A stretch of DNA of 64,000 nucleotides from Bordetella parapertussis (GCA_945892985.1 CAMDDU010000023.1:2003-66002), one strand, 5' to 3'; positions 31,590-41,884 are shown, counted from the stretch's first letter. Notes: generated by a model from the sequence alone, not told the origin. Made by a program: numbers and translations.

Positions 31590-32756
31590 ATGGCTAGCGT
31601 GCATATCGCAGGTGTTGGATCGACTTCATTCGGTAGCCATCCGTCACAATCGCTACAGAATCTTGCGGTTATCGCGGCAAAGGCCGCGATTGCGGATTCC
31701 AACATTCCGATCGAACGGATTGGCGCCGTATTTGTCGGCAACTTCGTAGGTGGCATCATGATGGGGCAGGAACTGTTGGGGCCCATCGTTGCCGCTAATC
31801 TAGGTATTTCTTCTGTGCCTGCTTTGAAGATCGAGGCTGCCTGCGCCTCAAGTAGCGCCGCGGTTCACCTCGCCCATGAACTTATCCGCGGTGAAACTCA
31901 CGATGCAATAGTGGTTGTGGGTGTGGAACGCCTTACGGGCGTGCCACGAGAAGCGTTTACCTCGGCAATGACTGCCGCGATTGATCAGCAACAAGAGGGT
32001 ATTCACGGACTGACCTTTCCTGGATTCTGGGGGCTTGTGATGAATCGCCACATGCACCTATACGGGACCACCAGAGCGCAGGTTGGATCCGTTACCGTAA
32101 AAAACAGACAGTTTGGAATCACCAATCCGCTCGCGCAGTTTCGGAAATCCATTACGCTTGATGAAGTAGTCAATTCGGCGCTTATTGCTGATCCAGTTCG
32201 AAAATTCGATTGCTGTCCGTCTACAGACGGTGCAGCTGCCGTTGTGCTCACCTCCGAAGCTCTTGCGCGTCGTTACAGATCACCTTCAATCAAAGTGGCC
32301 GCATCGATACTGGTAAGTGCCCCAGTTCGGATAACGGACTATGCCGAATTAACTATCCATGATGGCACGGTTGAAGCAGCGCGCCGCGCTTATGAGAGAG
32401 CTGGGATAGGGCCAGCAGACGTCGATGTGGCCGAATTGCACGATTGCTTCTCAATTGCGGAGATAGTAGACAGTGAGGATTTGGGGTTCTTCGCGAAGGG
32501 TGATGGTGGTCCTGGCGTAGTAGCCGCGACGTCCGGATCGCCCATGGCTCGTGTGGTGATTAACCCCAGCGGTGGGCTTTTGTCAAAGGGGCACCCCACA
32601 GGTGCCACGGGTTGTGGCCAATTGTACGAAATCGTCATGCAACTTCGTGATATTCACCCGAACCAAGTTCCCGGTGCGCGGATTGGTCTGACACACAACG
32701 GTGGGGGAACTGCGGCAGCCGTAACTGTTCATATCCTCGAGGCAGTTCAGCAATGA
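31590..32756 (+). CDS. Thiolase family protein (SCP2/lipid-transfer-protein type)
   Basis: EAACASSS, DGAAAVV, ELHDCFSIAE and NPSGGLLSKGHPTGATG. Confidence 0.92.
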   Translation: MASVHIAGVGSTSFGSHPSQSLQNLAVIAAKAAIADSNIPIERIGAVFVGNFVGGIMMGQELLGPIVAANLGISSVPALKIEAACASSSAAVHLAHELIRGETHDAIVVVGVERLTGVPREAFTSAMTAAIDQQQEGIHGLTFPGFWGLVMNRHMHLYGTTRAQVGSVTVKNRQFGITNPLAQFRKSITLDEVVNSALIADPVRKFDCCPSTDGAAAVVLTSEALARRYRSPSIKVAASILVSAPVRITDYAELTIHDGTVEAARRAYERAGIGPADVDVAELHDCFSIAEIVDSEDLGFFAKGDGGPGVVAATSGSPMARVVINPSGGLLSKGHPTGATGCGQLYEIVMQLRDIHPNQVPGARIGLTHNGGGTAAAVTVHILEAVQQ

Positions 32757-32989
32757 TTGACAACGGAATGATAGAAGGCAGGGTGGTTAGCCATACCGTG
32801 ATACGCATAGCCGGCAAGCTTCACATGGATCGAGTGCCTTTCGTTTTATTGCTGACAGCGACAAAAGATGGAACGCACTTGCTAGGTCATTTTGATGGGA
32901 TCGAGCCGCCTCCTATCGGAACAGCGGTCACCGCTCACCTAAATACCGGAAGCACCCTCATTTTCACTACAGCCAAGGAGCAGTTATGA
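32753..32989 (+). CDS. Short DUF35-type OB-fold protein (no Zn ribbon)
   Basis: G.VVSHTVI...PFVLLL...G..LLG......IGTAV pattern; ATGA-coupled to the thiolase. Confidence 0.72.
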   Translation: MIDNGMIEGRVVSHTVIRIAGKLHMDRVPFVLLLTATKDGTHLLGHFDGIEPPPIGTAVTAHLNTGSTLIFTTAKEQL

Positions 32990-33918
32990 AACTAGATCCA
33001 ATCACGCGCGACGCTCGTCCCGAGCGCAAGAAGGTACTGATGAGTGAAGAAGAGGCCATCGAGCTGATTCATGACGGCGAAACCGTAATCGTGGGTGGAT
33101 TTGGTACTGTCAATCATCCAATGCCGATTATCCGTGGATTGATACGGAGAAAGGTCAAAAATCTGACGGTAATCGGAGCAGCCACTGCTGGTCTCGAGAT
33201 CGATATGTTAATCGGCGCCGGGTGCGTAAAAAAGGTAATTGCGCCTTATGTCGGAGCCGAACTTTATGCTCCGATCGGACACTGCTATAGACGTGCGGCT
33301 GAACGTGGCGAAATTGAAGTGTACGAAACAACGGAATACCTTCTCTATTCACAACTCGATGCGGCGGCCCGCGGGCTAGGTTTTCTTCCTTGGCGTGGGG
33401 GAGTTGGTACGGATTTACCCAAACTAAACCCCGATTACGTCCCCTTTAATGATCCGATCAACGGTGAGCCCTACCTTGCGGCGCCCGCCCTTCATGCTCA
33501 TTGGGCAATCATCCATGTTGGGCAAGCTGATGAATTTGGAAACGGCCAGCACGGTGGAGCCCGCTTTGGCGATCGCTTGTTATCGAGGGCAGCCGAGCGC
33601 GTAATACTCACCGCGGAGCGGATCGTGCCAAACAGTGAAATTCGTAAAGACCCGTGGGCTACGTCAATCGCATATGCGGACGCTGTTGTCGAGGCTCCTT
33701 ACGGATGCCATCCATACGCCAGTCATGGGTTTTATGTGGAAGATGAAGAGGCCATTCGTGCTTATGTGCAAGCATCGATTAGCTACCGCAAGGATGAGAT
33801 GAAAGAGTGGAATGCGTACCTTGACGAATGGGTAACGGGCCCGAAGTCCCAGATGGAATACCTTGAGAAAATTTCAGCGGGTAGGTTGGCCCAATTGCAA
33901 AACGCGGTTCATGCCTAA
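32986..33918 (+). CDS. Class I CoA-transferase-fold alpha subunit (GctA/IpdA-like)
   Basis: IHDGETVIVGGF, IHVGQADEFGN, ILTAERIV and VVEAPYGCHP. Confidence 0.9.
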   Translation: MKLDPITRDARPERKKVLMSEEEAIELIHDGETVIVGGFGTVNHPMPIIRGLIRRKVKNLTVIGAATAGLEIDMLIGAGCVKKVIAPYVGAELYAPIGHCYRRAAERGEIEVYETTEYLLYSQLDAAARGLGFLPWRGGVGTDLPKLNPDYVPFNDPINGEPYLAAPALHAHWAIIHVGQADEFGNGQHGGARFGDRLLSRAAERVILTAERIVPNSEIRKDPWATSIAYADAVVEAPYGCHPYASHGFYVEDEEAIRAYVQASISYRKDEMKEWNAYLDEWVTGPKSQMEYLEKISAGRLAQLQNAVHA

Positions 33919-34660
33919 GAAACGCGAAGAGCGTCCTGTTCGAAGCGTTGCTCAGGCTTCCAGTAATGGATTACGCGAAGCGCTCTTGGGGCTGTTGGCA
34001 ATTCGGCCTATGTCTGGTTATGACTTAACGCGCTCCTATATCCGAGCGCTGCAGCAAATATGGTATGCCCCGCAGGGGCAGGTATATCCGACCTTACGAA
34101 AAATGCATGCCGAGGGGCTACTTGCGGTGGGGATTGAGGTTCAGCACGATCGGCCAAATCGCAAAATTTATAGCCTCACGGAGAACGGTCGCCAAAATCT
34201 GATCGAATGGCTATCGCATCCGGCCACGCTGCCGCGTATGCACCATGAATTTATCCATAAGCTCTTCCTTTTAAATCAGGTTGACTTAGCGAAGCGGCGT
34301 GAATTAGTAAAATCTTATGCAGAGCGGAGCCACAAGTGGTGTGATGAATTGCGCTGTGTTGAAAAAAAACTTAGCTCCGCACTCAATGGTGAGTACGGAG
34401 AAAGCGCTTGGTATCAACTGCTTGCTCTCCAGCATCTCATTCGAATTGTCGAATGTGATGCGAAATCTGCGCAATTGATCGCGACCCAGCTTGGCAATCG
34501 GTCAAAAGTGAAAGCGGGTAAAAAGTCTGTGCGTAAGCGCGAAGACCGGACTGATACAACTGCATTCGCCGGGTTTTCGTTGTCACCAATTCAGGGTGTG
34601 GTTGAGACTTTGATGGACTGGGATCGATTGCCACAGAGACAAAAGGGCAGTCGGTGTTGA
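33911..34660 (+). CDS. PadR family transcriptional regulator
   Basis: LLGLLAIRPMSGYDL, W.A..GQVYPTL and RPNRKIYSLTENG. Confidence 0.9.
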   Translation: MPKKREERPVRSVAQASSNGLREALLGLLAIRPMSGYDLTRSYIRALQQIWYAPQGQVYPTLRKMHAEGLLAVGIEVQHDRPNRKIYSLTENGRQNLIEWLSHPATLPRMHHEFIHKLFLLNQVDLAKRRELVKSYAERSHKWCDELRCVEKKLSSALNGEYGESAWYQLLALQHLIRIVECDAKSAQLIATQLGNRSKVKAGKKSVRKREDRTDTTAFAGFSLSPIQGVVETLMDWDRLPQRQKGSRC

Positions 34661-34661
34661 T

Positions 34662-36548
34662 ATGAGTACCCAACATCACCGTGCCAGGGCGAGAGAGCTT
34701 TACGGAAAAAGTATCCCGCAGCTCTTTCTTGAGAAGGCAGCCAGCTTCAGCGGTGAAATTGCGTATCGCCACAAAAAAAACGGCATTTATCGCGAAGTGA
34801 CCTGGGGCTCCTATCGGAAGCGCGTAGAAGCATTTTGTCTGGGCTTGATTGATCTTGGGATGGTCCCCGGCGATCGAGTCGCCTTCATGGGGGATACGTA
34901 TCCTGAATACTTTATTGGTGACCTGGCAGTCCTTTGTGGTGGTGGTGTCACTTACGGAATTTATGCAACCTGTTCTGAGATCGAGACTGAGTATCAGGTA
35001 GCTCATGCCGAAGCGAGTTTCTTCGTTGCTGAGAATCAAGAATACGTTGACAAAATCATACATCGCAAGGCGCATTGCCCAGCGCTTAAGTACATAATAG
35101 TTGCAGACATGAGTTCGATGTTTGGATATTCGGACTCGAAAATTATTTCCTTTGCGCAGATTGAGGAACGCGGTTGCGAGATCGCCAAGTACAGCAGTGA
35201 AGTTTTTCTCGATCGCGCATCCGCTGTGCGGGCCGATGCACTGGCTATCTTAGTCTATACGTCGGGTACGACTGGCGCTCCAAAGGCGGCAATGCACAGC
35301 CACCGAGATGTTATCGTGGGGCAGTCGCATCCTTATCTTGAAGGGTTTCCCGAACTCGATCGGGGTAAGCACCGGCTAGTTACGCATCTGCCACTTGCCC
35401 ATCTAGTCGAGCGGTCGATTCCACTCTACTTGCCATTGATCGCCGATCTGGTCGTACATTTTGGCGAGGACGTAGAGAGCCTGCCGACCACGCTTTATGA
35501 GGTAACACCGACATTTTTTCACGCCGTCCCTCGCATCTGGGAAAAAATGGCATGTCGATTCCTGGTCGGAATAGAGCGTAGCACGCCTCTCAAGCGTCTT
35601 ATTTTCGAGGCAGCAATGAAGGTAGGGAAACGCTACATTCATCGCCTTTGGAAGGGCGAGCGTATCCACCTTCATCTCCGACTAAGCTATGCGCTCGCTC
35701 GGCTCTTGGTCTTTCGTCCAATGTTAATGAAGGCGGGTCTCTCGAGTTTGCAGGGAGGGCTTACTGCTGGAGCCCCAATTTCCGGACGTATCCAGGAACT
35801 TTGGCATATTTGGGGGGTTAACCTCCGGAATATCTATGGCATAACCGAAGGCACCGTCATTTCGTGCCAAATAGGTAACTTTCCACGCCCCGGTGACGCA
35901 GGCGCAATAGTCTATCCAAAGGAAGTCCGACTTGCAGCTGACGGTGAAGTTATGGTTCGCGGGAACGGTATATTTTTAGGCTACTGGAAGGATGAGGCGG
36001 CGTCAGCTGCGGCGCATGACGATGGTTGGTTTAAAACTGGAGACATTGCGCGTTGGACCGAGTCATCAGGGGAAAAGGTTCTAACACTCGTCGATCGCAA
36101 GAAGGATCTGATGATTACGAAAGGTGGGAAAAATATCGCCCCAAGTGAAATTGAGTCGCTTCTGAAAACAAGTCATTACATTAGTGAAGCGATTTTGTTT
36201 GCGGATGACCGCAAATATCCGACGGCTTTGATCGAGATCGACTTTGATACCGTTGCGGAGTGGGCGCGAAAGAATTCTGTTCTCTATAGCGGGTACAGTT
36301 GCCTAGCCACTTCTAAGCAGGTAGAGCGGCTAATTGCTGGAGAGATCGATCACGCAAACGGACAACTTGCACGAGTTGAGCAAGTAAAAAAATTCCAAAT
36401 ATTGCCCAAGGAACTTGATCCGGAAGAAGGCGGAACGACGCCCACGCGAAAAATAAAAAGGAAGCAAATCTACGAGATGTTTAGAGACCGCGTGGAGATG
36501 ATGTACGAGGACAAGGAGCAAGAACGGTTACTAGGTGAGGGTACATAA
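34662..36548 (+). CDS. Long-chain acyl-CoA synthetase (AMP-binding)
   Basis: YTSGTTGAPK, YGITE, FKTGDI, GGKNIAP and TPTRKIKR. Confidence 0.92.
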   Translation: MSTQHHRARARELYGKSIPQLFLEKAASFSGEIAYRHKKNGIYREVTWGSYRKRVEAFCLGLIDLGMVPGDRVAFMGDTYPEYFIGDLAVLCGGGVTYGIYATCSEIETEYQVAHAEASFFVAENQEYVDKIIHRKAHCPALKYIIVADMSSMFGYSDSKIISFAQIEERGCEIAKYSSEVFLDRASAVRADALAILVYTSGTTGAPKAAMHSHRDVIVGQSHPYLEGFPELDRGKHRLVTHLPLAHLVERSIPLYLPLIADLVVHFGEDVESLPTTLYEVTPTFFHAVPRIWEKMACRFLVGIERSTPLKRLIFEAAMKVGKRYIHRLWKGERIHLHLRLSYALARLLVFRPMLMKAGLSSLQGGLTAGAPISGRIQELWHIWGVNLRNIYGITEGTVISCQIGNFPRPGDAGAIVYPKEVRLAADGEVMVRGNGIFLGYWKDEAASAAAHDDGWFKTGDIARWTESSGEKVLTLVDRKKDLMITKGGKNIAPSEIESLLKTSHYISEAILFADDRKYPTALIEIDFDTVAEWARKNSVLYSGYSCLATSKQVERLIAGEIDHANGQLARVEQVKKFQILPKELDPEEGGTTPTRKIKRKQIYEMFRDRVEMMYEDKEQERLLGEGT

Positions 36549-36575
36549 ACGAAGTACGACTGAGGAGGATATACA

Positions 36576-37763
36576 ATGAACTTCGAACTAAAACGAAAGG
36601 CCGTCACTGCCGGCATAGTGATGGGTGTGATGTTGTCTTCACCCGTGCGGGCGGATTACCAGATTGGCTTTATGACTGATCTTTCTGGAGCGTTGTCGGA
36701 TGCGTATACGCCGATCTGGGAAGGATTCGACCTCTATGTCAAGGCACTCAATGCCAAGGGAGGCATTGACGGTGAAAAAATTGTCCTTCACACGGAGGAC
36801 GATGGCCTAAATCTCCAAAAGGCAATTTCCCTTACGAAGAAGCTAGCGCTTCAACAGAAGGTTATCGGAATTTTCGGTCTTAGCGTTAGTAGCATACACG
36901 GGCCTGTCTTTGAAGAGTTACGACGACTCAAGGTGCCCGCCGTTACTGCGTTTAGTGCTACTAGCGATAGTCTGGCACCAGCGAAACCCTTCTCTTTTAG
37001 CACCGGTTCACTGTTTCAGATCGCTGGGGAGGCGATTGGCGAACTTACGCCAAAGCTCGGTGTTAAAGGAAAGGTCGTAGGCATGACCATTGATACGGTC
37101 GGCGGTCGAGCAGCCTTGCGACACAATAAACTCGCGGTCGAGCGCGTAGGATATGGCTGGGATGAAGTCGCGTTTCCAATTCAGTCGGTCGATTTTACGC
37201 CGTTCGCACAAGCCGCTGTTGCGAAGAACCCAGCAATCGTTGTCGGCCATTACGGGACAGCGCAGAACCTTGGCATTATCCCGGCCTTGCGGCGAAGTGG
37301 ATTTGCGGGCCCCTATTTAATTGCAAACTACGGTGTAACTGAAACCGCGATTGAGGGGGCAGCTAAAGCAGCGGGGTCTGGGGAGAACATCTACGTCGTA
37401 TCGCGATATGCACCGCCCCAGGAAAATATCCCGGCCGTGGAGCAAATCCGAGCTGCCGCGAAGGCGCATAACTTGAAAAGGAGCCTTACGCAGGTACACG
37501 TTGAGGGATGGGTTCTAGGAATGGTCATGCATGCGGCTGTTACGAAGTGTGGCAAGGGCTGTACTGCGGAGAAGTTAAACGAGACGCTAGAGAATCTGAA
37601 CGTCAATACTGGCGGCCTAACGGGTGGTCCGATCGTATTCACAAAGGACAATCATTATGGGCCGTCATTTTGGCGGCTTTACAAATGGAACAACGCGAGC
37701 CGTAAGCTGGACTCCGTGAGTGAATGGGTCAGGCGTGACGCTATCGAATTTGGTAGTCCGTAA
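36576..37763 (+). CDS. Liv-type ABC substrate-binding protein
   Basis: Signal peptide, IGFMTDLSG and NAKGGIDG. Confidence 0.88.
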   Translation: MNFELKRKAVTAGIVMGVMLSSPVRADYQIGFMTDLSGALSDAYTPIWEGFDLYVKALNAKGGIDGEKIVLHTEDDGLNLQKAISLTKKLALQQKVIGIFGLSVSSIHGPVFEELRRLKVPAVTAFSATSDSLAPAKPFSFSTGSLFQIAGEAIGELTPKLGVKGKVVGMTIDTVGGRAALRHNKLAVERVGYGWDEVAFPIQSVDFTPFAQAAVAKNPAIVVGHYGTAQNLGIIPALRRSGFAGPYLIANYGVTETAIEGAAKAAGSGENIYVVSRYAPPQENIPAVEQIRAAAKAHNLKRSLTQVHVEGWVLGMVMHAAVTKCGKGCTAEKLNETLENLNVNTGGLTGGPIVFTKDNHYGPSFWRLYKWNNASRKLDSVSEWVRRDAIEFGSP

Positions 37764-37772
37764 TACATTACC

Positions 37773-37808
37773 AATAGGTGCGACATCGCGCCGATGATCG
37801 CACCTATT
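37773..37808 (+). terminator. Hairpin after the SBP gene
   Basis: AATAGGTGCGA...TCGCACCTATT inverted repeat. Confidence 0.6.
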
Positions 37809-37843
37809 CTCACCGGATTTTTTAAAATGTTGATAGCGTTTCT

Positions 37844-38713
37844 ATGATGCAATCGATCCTTACGATCGTCGTGCTAACGAGCATCTACGCAATTTTGGCA
37901 GGTGGCATCGTGGTTCTGTATCGGGGGACGCGCGTGCTAAATCTCGCACACGGGGAGCTAGCAATCCTGCTTGGCTATTTATTTGCCACAGCGGGCATGC
38001 AGGTCACGGGTTCGATACTGGGTGGCATGGCCGTAGTCATGGTTTTTAGCGCGATATTTGGAGCGGGTATTTACTGGCTGCTGATGCGACATTTGATTGC
38101 GCAACCCTTTTATGTGGCGATTCTAGCGACCATCGGAATAGCGATTTTAGCGAAGGCGTCAATCGTCCTGCTCTGGGGTGGCCGCGCCGTAAATATCGAG
38201 TTGGGTGCAAATACGGTGCTATACCCGTATTCCACGGGAGGATGGTTTTCTTATCTGGACGCAATCACGATAGCGACTGCAGTTATTTTCTTCATTCTGT
38301 TGTATTACGCGCTCACGTCGACTCGACTCGGAATTCAGTTTCGTGCCGTGGCTGAGAATCCTCTGCTTGCGAGTCAGCGAGGCGTAAACGTGAATACCAT
38401 AATGATGGTGGCATGGATTGTTGCACTATTTGCAGCGTCGATTGCAGGGGTCCTATATGGATCCAGAAGCGTTCTTAGTCTCCAGGCTGTAGTGATTGGA
38501 ATTGGCGGACTAACTGCGGCGTTAGTCGGAGGACTTGATAGTCTTCGCGGCGCAATTGCAGGGGCATTGTTGGTGGCAACGGTTGAGTATGCGACGGTGC
38601 GTTTGATAGACCCAATTTTGAGTCAGGCGATTCCATTTGTCTTGCTATTGACCGTGATGATGTGGCGGCCATGGGGGATTTTCGGAACCCGAGAGGAAAT
38701 CCAGAGGGTGTGA
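37844..38713 (+). CDS. ABC permease (LivH-like)
   Basis: VLNLAHG, LVGGLDS and RPWGIFG. Confidence 0.9.
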   Translation: MMQSILTIVVLTSIYAILAGGIVVLYRGTRVLNLAHGELAILLGYLFATAGMQVTGSILGGMAVVMVFSAIFGAGIYWLLMRHLIAQPFYVAILATIGIAILAKASIVLLWGGRAVNIELGANTVLYPYSTGGWFSYLDAITIATAVIFFILLYYALTSTRLGIQFRAVAENPLLASQRGVNVNTIMMVAWIVALFAASIAGVLYGSRSVLSLQAVVIGIGGLTAALVGGLDSLRGAIAGALLVATVEYATVRLIDPILSQAIPFVLLLTVMMWRPWGIFGTREEIQRV

Positions 38714-38715
38714 TT

Positions 38716-39792
38716 ATGTTTAACGAAGCCCCTAATTTGGTTACCTCACAGCAGCAACGGGGATTTATCCTTAAACGGAGATATCAACGGGTGTTACTCG
38801 CCGTCGTCGTAGTGATTGCGGCAATCTTGCCTTTTTCAATATCGCAATATCATATTCATCTTTTCAATCTTGCGCTCATTGCAAGTATCGGTGCTCTCTC
38901 ACTCAATTTGCTTACGGGCTTGACCGGCCAGGTATCTTTGGGGCATGCCGCTTTTTTGGCTATCGGCGCTTTTTCTGCGGTAATTGTAGAGCGTATGACG
39001 TCGGTGGGCATAACGCTCGCGTTGCCTGTTGCAGCAATTGCAGGGGGGGTGATCGGATTGCTCGTCGGAATTCCAGCAACGCGTTTTCGCGGTATGTATC
39101 TCGCAGTTACGACGCTAGCAATGCATTACGCCACCGTCTTCGTGGCGAAATGGTATCAGATGAAACTTGGCGTAAGTGCCAGTGAGGGGATTGTCATCCC
39201 AAGTCCGCAGATGTTTGGCTACACGCTTTCGGATGACCGACATTGGTATTTTGTATTGGCCCTGATGGTCGGAATAGTAATGTGGCTTTTTCTTAATATT
39301 CTTCGATCACGAACTGGCAGAGCTTGGATAGCGATACGTGATCGGGACATCTCAGCGGAGGCCCTCGGAATCGATGTATTTAAGTTCAAGCTTTCCGCCT
39401 TTGTTATTAGTTCTAGCATCGCTAGCTTTGCGGGTGCTTTGCTGGCCTATTACACAAAGAGCGTTAGTTCTGACACTTTCACATTCGATATAGCCGTCGC
39501 GTATCTTGCAATGATTATCATTGGAGGTATGGGTTCGCCTCTTGGCGCGGTGTTAGGTGCGTTCTTTGTGACGTTTCTTCCCTATATCGTCGAGGCAGCA
39601 TTTGATTTTGTTCCGGTCGCGTGGAAAGGGGGAGGGGCCCTCTTTGGGTACCAGCTTGGATCCGTCGGGCTTTGTATTTTAGTATTTGTTATATTCGAGC
39701 CTCGTGGACTCGTTGAGATTTGGCGACGTGTGGAAACCTACTTCGAACGCTGGCCGTTCAGATATCGAGCCCTTGAACCGAATCAGAAGTGA
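38716..39792 (+). CDS. ABC permease (LivM-like)
   Basis: LNLLTGLTGQVSLGHAAF, RGMYLAVTTLA and IIGGMGS. Confidence 0.9.
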   Translation: MFNEAPNLVTSQQQRGFILKRRYQRVLLAVVVVIAAILPFSISQYHIHLFNLALIASIGALSLNLLTGLTGQVSLGHAAFLAIGAFSAVIVERMTSVGITLALPVAAIAGGVIGLLVGIPATRFRGMYLAVTTLAMHYATVFVAKWYQMKLGVSASEGIVIPSPQMFGYTLSDDRHWYFVLALMVGIVMWLFLNILRSRTGRAWIAIRDRDISAEALGIDVFKFKLSAFVISSSIASFAGALLAYYTKSVSSDTFTFDIAVAYLAMIIIGGMGSPLGAVLGAFFVTFLPYIVEAAFDFVPVAWKGGGALFGYQLGSVGLCILVFVIFEPRGLVEIWRRVETYFERWPFRYRALEPNQK

Positions 39793-39802
39793 AGAGACGA
39801 AA

Positions 39803-40597
39803 TTGGCGAATATTCTTGAGGTATCCCAGTTGGAGGTTGTCTACCATAAGGTAGCGACTGCTGTTCAGGGTGTATCAATATCGGTTCCGGAGCATGCCAT
39901 CGTCGCGATTGTTGGAACGAATGGTGCTGGAAAGACGACGACGTTGCGCGCGATCTCCGGATTGCTCCCGGCAGAAGATGTCGCGATCTCAAATGGAGAC
40001 GTGTTTTTTCGTGGAAGTTCTCTATTGAACATGCCGCCGCACGAGATATCTTCCCGCGGGATAGCAATCGTACCGGAGCGCCATAAGGTGTTCGAGACGC
40101 TAACGGTTGCCGAGAACCTCGCGATGGTTGCACCTAACCAAAACAAGGGCGTGAGCATAGAGGAAATTTTCCAGTATTTCCCGAAATTGAGCGAGCGTCA
40201 CAACCAAATTGCTGGATTTATGAGCGGTGGCGAAAAGCAGATGCTCGCAATAGCAATGGCTCTTCTCAACCACCCGCACTTGCTGTTGATCGATGAGCTT
40301 TCACTGGGTTTGGCGCCTGTCGTTGCTATTGATTTGATGCAGATTCTAAAGAAGTTGAACGAAGATTTAGGTGTGGCCATCTTACTTGTTGAGCAAAACG
40401 CGGTTGCGGCGCTTGAGGTCGCCAGTTATGCCTACGTAATGGAGAACGGACGGATTGTTCACAGCGGGCTGTCTTCGGAGCTTTCTAGTCACGCTGATGT
40501 TCAGGAGTTTTACCTAGGGAGCGGTGCAACTGAAAGTGATCCCAAGAGCTATCGTAACGTCAAGCAATATAGTCGCAAGCGCCGTTGGGGAGGGTAG
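39803..40597 (+). CDS. ABC ATP-binding protein (LivF-like)
   Basis: GTNGAGKTT, MSGGEKQM and DELSLGLAP. TTG start inferred. Confidence 0.9.
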   Translation: MANILEVSQLEVVYHKVATAVQGVSISVPEHAIVAIVGTNGAGKTTTLRAISGLLPAEDVAISNGDVFFRGSSLLNMPPHEISSRGIAIVPERHKVFETLTVAENLAMVAPNQNKGVSIEEIFQYFPKLSERHNQIAGFMSGGEKQMLAIAMALLNHPHLLLIDELSLGLAPVVAIDLMQILKKLNEDLGVAILLVEQNAVAALEVASYAYVMENGRIVHSGLSSELSSHADVQEFYLGSGATESDPKSYRNVKQYSRKRRWGG

Positions 40598-40600
40598 GGG

Positions 40601-41377
40601 ATGCCTCCGCTTCTTCGCGTTGACGAACTTGGGCTGTCCTTTGGGGGGCTCATCGCGATTCATCAATTGAGTTTTTCGCTTGGCCACGGCGAACTCCTTG
40701 CGATCGTCGGGCCGAATGGTGCTGGTAAGACGGCGTTGCTCAATTGCATTAACGGTGTCCATCGCGCGAGTTCGGGGAGTATTCATTTTTGCGAACGCGA
40801 CATTACTGGCGCACCCTTACGAGACATGGCAAGCCTAGGTATTAGTCGTGCATTTCAGCATATCGAGCTCTTTAGTCATCTGACAGTAGTTGAAAATATT
40901 CTCCTTGGTCGGCATTGCCGAATGCAGACAGGGATTCTCGGCAATATGATTTATTGGAAATCGACACGGCAAGAGGAGAGTCGGGAACGCGAACGTTCTG
41001 AAGAAATTATTGAGTACTTTGAATTGAATCATTTTCGCGATACATTGATTGGCAATCTTCCTTATGGCATCCAAAAGCTAGTTGGTGTCGCAAGGGCGAT
41101 TGCATCCGAGCCCAAGTTGTTGCTTTTGGATGAGCCGTCGACTGGGCTCGTTCGTGAAGAAAAGGAGCATCTTGCACGTTTCCTACTGCGTTTACGGAAT
41201 GATCATGCACCGGGAATTATTTGGATAGAACATGATATGCAAATGGTGGCGGATCTTGCTGATCGTGTAATTGTTTTAAGTTACGGACAAAAAATTGCTG
41301 AAGGTTCGCCTCAAGAGATTCGTTGCAATCCCGAAGTTATAAAATCCTATCTAGGGTCCGGGCTGTCATCTAAATAG
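40601..41377 (+). CDS. ABC ATP-binding protein (LivG-like)
   Basis: GPNGAGKT, LPYGIQK, LLLDEP and IEHDM. Confidence 0.9.
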   Translation: MPPLLRVDELGLSFGGLIAIHQLSFSLGHGELLAIVGPNGAGKTALLNCINGVHRASSGSIHFCERDITGAPLRDMASLGISRAFQHIELFSHLTVVENILLGRHCRMQTGILGNMIYWKSTRQEESRERERSEEIIEYFELNHFRDTLIGNLPYGIQKLVGVARAIASEPKLLLLDEPSTGLVREEKEHLARFLLRLRNDHAPGIIWIEHDMQMVADLADRVIVLSYGQKIAEGSPQEIRCNPEVIKSYLGSGLSSK

Positions 41378-41397
41378 TTGAACAACTGCGCTTCGAC

Positions 41398-41421
41398 GTG
41401 CATAGCGCCGGAAGCAGGATT
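41398..41421 (+). repeat. 24-bp direct repeat, right copy
   Basis: Identical to 28439-28462; 21 bp after the last island gene. Confidence 0.9.
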
Positions 41422-41476
41422 CCGGCAGCGGTTACAGGACGTTCATGAGATGCGCTTGGGGCCTGAGCAATTTGGG

Positions 41477-41884
41477 CTAGGCTGCCTTGATTTCTTCCAG
41501 AAGCTCAGGATGCCGGTCCAATACCTTGAGTAGTTTTAGGAGCGCCAATGGTGGCTTCGTTTTGCCATTTTCGTATCGAGAGAACGCATTGACGCCGCCG
41601 CCGAATATTTCTGCGGCCTCGCGCTGATCGAGGTGGAGTTTTTTCCGCACGCCGACAATGAATGACGGATCAACGATCGCGACATTCACTTGCTTGTTGA
41701 ATTCGAGCATCAACGTACTGGTGCGCACAGACTCGCCCCTGTCAAGAACAGCCTCCGCACACGCTGGGCAATAGTCGCCGGTTACCGCCGCAATTGTGGT
41801 TTTTTCGCCCTTGTAGGTGTAGGGCATGTCACGCGTGTCATGCACCAGTTTCGCTGCGCCGCAATTTGGGCATTTCATGGTCAC
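41477..41884 (-). CDS. mqsA: MqsA antitoxin (Zn finger plus HTH)
   Basis: CPNCG...CPAC and LDQREAAEIFGGGVNAFSRYENGK. Confidence 0.93.
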   Translation of the reverse strand: MTMKCPNCGAAKLVHDTRDMPYTYKGEKTTIAAVTGDYCPACAEAVLDRGESVRTSTLMLEFNKQVNVAIVDPSFIVGVRKKLHLDQREAAEIFGGGVNAFSRYENGKTKPPLALLKLLKVLDRHPELLEEIKAA

